Source of the DNA: Kofleriaceae bacterium
Lineage (GTDB): Bacteria; Myxococcota_A; Polyangia; Haliangiales; Haliangiaceae
Direction: 5' to 3'
Assembly (NCBI GenBank): GCA_965215005.1
Contig: CBDCCZ010000054.1
Span: 96,001-160,000, forward strand
Length of the DNA: 64,000 nucleotides
Below the pieces are notes generated by a model. The model saw only the letters and a list, made by a program, of their open reading frames with translations. It ran no database searches and was not told the DNA's origin. Position 1 is the first letter of the stretch. Each line of letters begins with the position of its first letter. Position numbers and translations under genes: made by a program. Shown here piece by piece: positions 59,599-64,000 of this stretch.

Positions 59599-61308
59599 AT
59601 GCTCATCTTGGGTGCTTGCGTGGCCACAATGGCCGCCGTTGCCCTCTACGAGCAGCCTGCCGCTCACGCTTGCGGCTGCTTCGCACCGCCGGATCCTTCG
59701 GTGCCGATCGTGCAGGCGGGGGAGCGGATTGCCTTCGCCATGGAGGATGGCGACGTCATCGCGCACATTCAAATCCAGTATTCCGGCGATGCCGAGGAGT
59801 TTGCTTGGCTGGTGCCGCTGCCGTCACTTCCCGAGATGACGCTAGGAACCGATGAGCTATTCACGCAGCTCATCGCAACCACGCAGCCCAAGTACATCGT
59901 CAACCGCGAGTTCGAGGAATGCTCATTGTTAGGCGAGGGCTCCGCCGCCGACGGCTCCCCCTCCAGCAGCCCCACTGGCAGCGATGAGGGCCCGCTCGTC
60001 TCTCGCGATACCATTGGCCCTTACGACTACGCGATCTTGAAAGCCGACAGCAAGCAGCCAATGCTCGACTGGCTCTCCAGCGAGCGCTTCTTCGTTCCCG
60101 CCGGTACGGAAGAAGTTGTTGACCCATACATCCGCCCAGGAGCCTATTTTCTGGCCCTGAAGCTGCGGTCAGGTGAGAGCTCGGGCGATCTGCAGCCCGT
60201 GGTTCTGCGCTATCGCTCCGACCTGCCGATGATTCCAATCGTCCTCACCAGCGTGGCAGCGGACCCGGATATGGGCATCTTGGTCTGGATGCTCGGCGAG
60301 CACAGGGCGATCCCGCGCAACTACTATCATACCGAGCTCAACGACGCGGCTCTCGATTGGCTCAACGGCGCGCAAAACTACGTAGAGGTGGTTACGCGGG
60401 CGGTGGACGAGGCCAACCGACATCACTCGTTCGTCACCGAGTACGCAGGCACCAGCGCGATCATGCGCGACGTTCTCGACCCGCCGAACCGGTTCGGTGA
60501 TCGCGAGTATATGCGCCGACTCACCGATCCAATCGAGTTCGTGAACTACGTGCTCTACAGCGGGTATGCGGATTTTCCGCAGGGCTTCCCGGTTATCTCC
60601 ACACAGCTTCTAGGCGTGCTGCAGCGTCATCTGCCGGTTCCCGCCGGGCTCCTGGCCGCCGGCATTCCTGCAACCGATTACTACTTGCAGCTCGAGTATT
60701 ACCTTGGCAGCTATCGCCAGCAGCACCCCGAGCAATTTGCGGATCTCGATCTCGAGTATGACCCCGCGGCAGTCACCGCGGAGCTCGAAGAGCGAATCGT
60801 TGTGCCGACCCTCGCCGCCGGACAGCTGTTTCGCAAGAACTCTTATATGACGCGGTTGTTCACGACGCTGTCGCCAGACGAGATGAACCGCGATCCGGTG
60901 TTTAGCTACAATCCCGACCTGCCGGACGTCTCCAACGTGCACACGGCCAATTTGGTGTTGCAGTGCACGCTCGATGACGACGGACGCCTGCGCTGGTTTG
61001 GTCAGCTCATCACGGAGCAAGGTTGGGTCATCGAGGTGCCCGATGGCATCGCAGGTGGCGTATGGCCAGACATCGACATGCCGGCGAGCGCGGCGACTCA
61101 GATACTTCGAGAAGAAGGCTTGCCGACCACAGTGCGCAATAATCGCGACTCCATCACCTCGGCGATCGGCGCTGCCAACCAAGAGATGGCGCATAATCGC
61201 CGTTCTGGGGGCTGCGCACTGGCGCCGACCGGCCGCGGTGCCAGCGGGTTCGCCGCGCTGCTCCTGGCTGGGCTGTTCCTCGGAACCCGCCGCCGCCGCA
61301 CGCCGTAG
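59599..61308 (+). CDS. DUF2330-family protein with a MYXO-CTERM-like tail
   Basis: ACGCF, QAGERI.F, IQIQYSG.AEEFAW.VP.P, FLALKL, MIPI.LT; tail SGGCA...ALLLAGLFLGTRRRR; start uncertain. Confidence 0.85.
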   Translation: MLILGACVATMAAVALYEQPAAHACGCFAPPDPSVPIVQAGERIAFAMEDGDVIAHIQIQYSGDAEEFAWLVPLPSLPEMTLGTDELFTQLIATTQPKYIVNREFEECSLLGEGSAADGSPSSSPTGSDEGPLVSRDTIGPYDYAILKADSKQPMLDWLSSERFFVPAGTEEVVDPYIRPGAYFLALKLRSGESSGDLQPVVLRYRSDLPMIPIVLTSVAADPDMGILVWMLGEHRAIPRNYYHTELNDAALDWLNGAQNYVEVVTRAVDEANRHHSFVTEYAGTSAIMRDVLDPPNRFGDREYMRRLTDPIEFVNYVLYSGYADFPQGFPVISTQLLGVLQRHLPVPAGLLAAGIPATDYYLQLEYYLGSYRQQHPEQFADLDLEYDPAAVTAELEERIVVPTLAAGQLFRKNSYMTRLFTTLSPDEMNRDPVFSYNPDLPDVSNVHTANLVLQCTLDDDGRLRWFGQLITEQGWVIEVPDGIAGGVWPDIDMPASAATQILREEGLPTTVRNNRDSITSAIGAANQEMAHNRRSGGCALAPTGRGASGFAALLLAGLFLGTRRRRTP

Positions 61309-61319
61309 CGAGGGACCTG

Positions 61320-61841
61320 ATGTCGCAGGCGAGAACGCTTCTATTGCTGCTCCTATCAGCACTCGTCTCCGCATGCATCGAGGTGCCCGAAGCCGAGCCC
61401 ACGTTGACGCTGGGCTCGGCGCCTGCCAGCGGCGTTGGCTTCGTAAGTGCCGACGATGGCCAGAGCGTCGAGCTGATTCCCGGCGCCCAAAGTGGCTTTC
61501 ACGTGTGGCTCGCGATGCGGATTGAAGGCCTCGAGGGGCAGGTGTTCGTCGAGCACGAAGCACGTCGCGTGCGTGATGAGGCGCTCGTGCTTCGCGGCCA
61601 GCGACGGTCGCTCGACATCCCGAGCGATGCGCTGATGGCTCCATGGGAGCCGGAAAACGCCAGCCCCGCGTTCATGTGCCCAAGCCCGCTGGGACTGCAG
61701 GTCTTCGACGAAGAAATTGTCTATCGCGTGCGCGTGACGAACGCGGACGATGAGTTACTTGCCGATGCTTCCATCCGGCTCACTCCGCGCTGTCCTAGTG
61801 GCCCCGAAGAAGCGTTCTGTCGGGACATCTGCGCCGGCTGA
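61320..61841 (+). CDS. Hypothetical lipoprotein
   Basis: Lipobox VSAC; GAQSGFHVW motif; follows the DUF2330 gene. Confidence 0.72.
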   Translation: MSQARTLLLLLLSALVSACIEVPEAEPTLTLGSAPASGVGFVSADDGQSVELIPGAQSGFHVWLAMRIEGLEGQVFVEHEARRVRDEALVLRGQRRSLDIPSDALMAPWEPENASPAFMCPSPLGLQVFDEEIVYRVRVTNADDELLADASIRLTPRCPSGPEEAFCRDICAG

Positions 61842-61855
61842 TCCCTTGCCGCGCA

Positions 61856-61946
61856 GCAGATTCTGCTACTCACGGGCCCCTTCGGCGTCTCCCCAAGCGA
61901 TTGTTGCTTTGCGCGGGGTTTACGACGTACGCCGTGAACCCCGCGC
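61856..61946. repeat. Dispersed element copy (truncated module A plus module B)
   Basis: gattctgctactcacgggccccttcggcgtctcccc..gttgcttt, then stem gcgcggggtttacg/cgtgaaccccgcgc. Confidence 0.8.
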
Positions 61947-61988
61947 CCGCCGCTGCGGGATTCGCTGGTGCGCCCGCAGCGGCGGGCG
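61944..61988. terminator. Perfect 16-bp GC hairpin between convergent genes
   Basis: cgcccgccgctgcggg/cccgcagcggcgggcg. Confidence 0.5.
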
Positions 61989-62022
61989 TGGCGGCGGGCG
62001 CATTGGTGAAGGCGAGCCGCCG

Positions 62023-62427
<405 letters not shown>

Positions 62428-62632
62428 GGACTAATTCTCCTTACTTGGCCGGGGCGTACCATAAAGGTGCCCGCTCTCGTGACGCAAATCGAACAAGTCG
62501 AATCTGGGGCGATGACCGCAAACGCGCGCCCCAGAAGGGGGTAGGGCTACAAAGAGCGCGGAGGATAACCTCAGCGGTGCCGTCGATTGCAAATCCGCGC
62601 GCGAATTTGTTGGCTATGGCAATCTCGCCGCC

Positions 62633-62974
62633 ATGCGTCGTCTTCCTGTGGTGCTCGTCGCGTTTCTAGGGGTCGCTGCCGTTGCTTGTAAGGATCGCGC
62701 CGCTCCGACGCCGCCTGCCGATGAGGCCTTTGGCCGCGACGTCGAGCGCATCTGCCAAGCCGAAGAGCTCTCGGGCGCAGCGGCCGAGGAGCCCGGCGCG
62801 CGTCCGATGTTGGTGGCGCAGTGGCTCGGCGAGAACATCGAAACGCAGCGCGGGCGCGACTTGCTCGCGGAGGCGGCGCGGGCGGACGGCGTGGCTAAAG
62901 CCGAGGTGTTCGAGCGCGCGGCGCGTTCGGTCGGCCGCGATCGCTGCGCGACGGCCGAATCGTGGCGCAAGTAG
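62633..62974 (+). CDS. Small lipoprotein
   Basis: Lipobox AVAC; one further Cys pair. Confidence 0.65.
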   Translation: MRRLPVVLVAFLGVAAVACKDRAAPTPPADEAFGRDVERICQAEELSGAAAEEPGARPMLVAQWLGENIETQRGRDLLAEAARADGVAKAEVFERAARSVGRDRCATAESWRK

Positions 62975-63178
62975 TCCCTCGACACGTCTCGAACGCGGCT
63001 GTGGCGTAGGCAACAGCTCTTCTGCGAGCCAGCGCACGTGGAGCTGGGCGTGCGCCATACACGTCCATAGACATGCGTACACGGCGTTTGGCGTGGCTTT
63101 CGCTATCGCCCGATCGAGGTGACGAAGACGAGACGCAGCACACTGGCAAACCGCATTCACCACGTGCAATCTCATCTC

Positions 63179-64000
63179 ATGATCAAAGTTCTACCTTTGC
63201 TTGGACTCGTCTTGAGTGCCGCGTTGGGCACGAGCTGTACCTCTAGCGACGAAGGGGGTCCGTGCGATCTCGAAGGCTCGGGGCAGGTCTCCTTCGGCGA
63301 CACGAAGCTCGACGCGCTCATCGAGGCATCGGCCAAGTTCGATAGCAGTACCGATGCGCTTGCGGAGCAGGTGCGCAGCGCATGCAACGCCATCGCCACC
63401 GATCTCGGCGCGAGTGCATCCGAGGACACGGCCATGGCGTGTAGCAACGCGGCAGGCGAAATCACCGCGGTGCTCGAGGCCAACGTTGGCGCGCAGCTCA
63501 TCGTCGAGTACGTCGCGCCGGTGTGCGCGGCGAGCGGCGGCGCGTTCTTTGACTGCGTCGGTGAGTGCGACGCGAGCTTCGACGCGACCGGCAAGCTGCC
63601 GCAATGCGAGGGCGGCGAGCTCGCGGGCTCGTGCAGCGGCATGTGCTCTGGCGAGTGCACCGTAGAAGGCTCGGTGGCTTGCGAAGGCTCGTGCTCGGGC
63701 ACCTGCGAAGGCAGCTGTAGCGCCAGCGTGGTCGGCAGCTGCTCGGGCACCTGCGAAGGCACCTGCGAAGGCACCTGCAGCGCGATGGACGCGCAGGGCA
63801 ACTGCATGGGCACGTGCGAAGGAACGTGCCGCGGCTCGTGCGAAGGCACCATCGAAGGTTCGTGCTCCGGTGAGTGCGAGGGCATGTGCGAAGGCTCGTG
63901 CCGCGCCGAGGGCATGGCCAACTGCGAAGGCACGTGCAGTGGCGAGTGCTCGGTCGATTGGGTCGAGCCGGTTTGCGAGGGTGGCACGCTCGACGTGGAC
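63179..64000 (+). CDS. Cys-rich CxGxC-repeat lipoprotein, runs off the window (absent from the ORF track)
   Basis: ATG 63179 gives MIKVLPLLGLVLSAALGTSC; long CEGSCSGTCEG repeats; no stop before 64000. Confidence 0.8.
   Translation, partial: MIKVLPLLGLVLSAALGTSCTSSDEGGPCDLEGSGQVSFGDTKLDALIEASAKFDSSTDALAEQVRSACNAIATDLGASASEDTAMACSNAAGEITAVLEANVGAQLIVEYVAPVCAASGGAFFDCVGECDASFDATGKLPQCEGGELAGSCSGMCSGECTVEGSVACEGSCSGTCEGSCSASVVGSCSGTCEGTCEGTCSAMDAQGNCMGTCEGTCRGSCEGTIEGSCSGECEGMCEGSCRAEGMANCEGTCSGECSVDWVEPVCEGGTLDVD

Overview
High-GC chromosomal segment, most likely from a myxobacterium (Myxococcota). The evidence is a MYXO-CTERM-type sorting tail, three Hanks-type Ser/Thr kinases, a TPR-PEGA protein, many Cys-rich lipoproteins and sigma54 regulators. 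About 50 CDSs are supported. No rRNA, tRNA, CRISPR array, integrase or transposase was recognised. Recognisable genes are an SNF2 helicase, a CBM60-CBM60-GH5 glucanase, a polysaccharide deacetylase, ask plus a fused ectAB, a hyaluronan-synthase-like GT2, lon, ppk1, rtcB, an FKBP, fdxA, an iodotyrosine-deiodinase-like nitroreductase and thrE. The most notable observations are: (1) a dispersed two-module intergenic repeat family at 5 loci, with covarying hairpins and CTAG ends that coincide with the TAG stops of four flanking genes; (2) a single-ORF EctA-EctB fusion with no ectC, fed by an aspartokinase resembling the kinase half of LysAC; (3) a lipoprotein of three tandem Cu-only-type SOD domains; (4) a QseEGF/GlrKR-like three-component sigma54 system facing a GT2 synthase, with a visible -24/-12 promoter and paired enhancer palindromes; (5) a shared 23-bp operator over the tetR and apparently leaderless lon promoters. 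All calls come from reading motifs by eye; no database searches were run.
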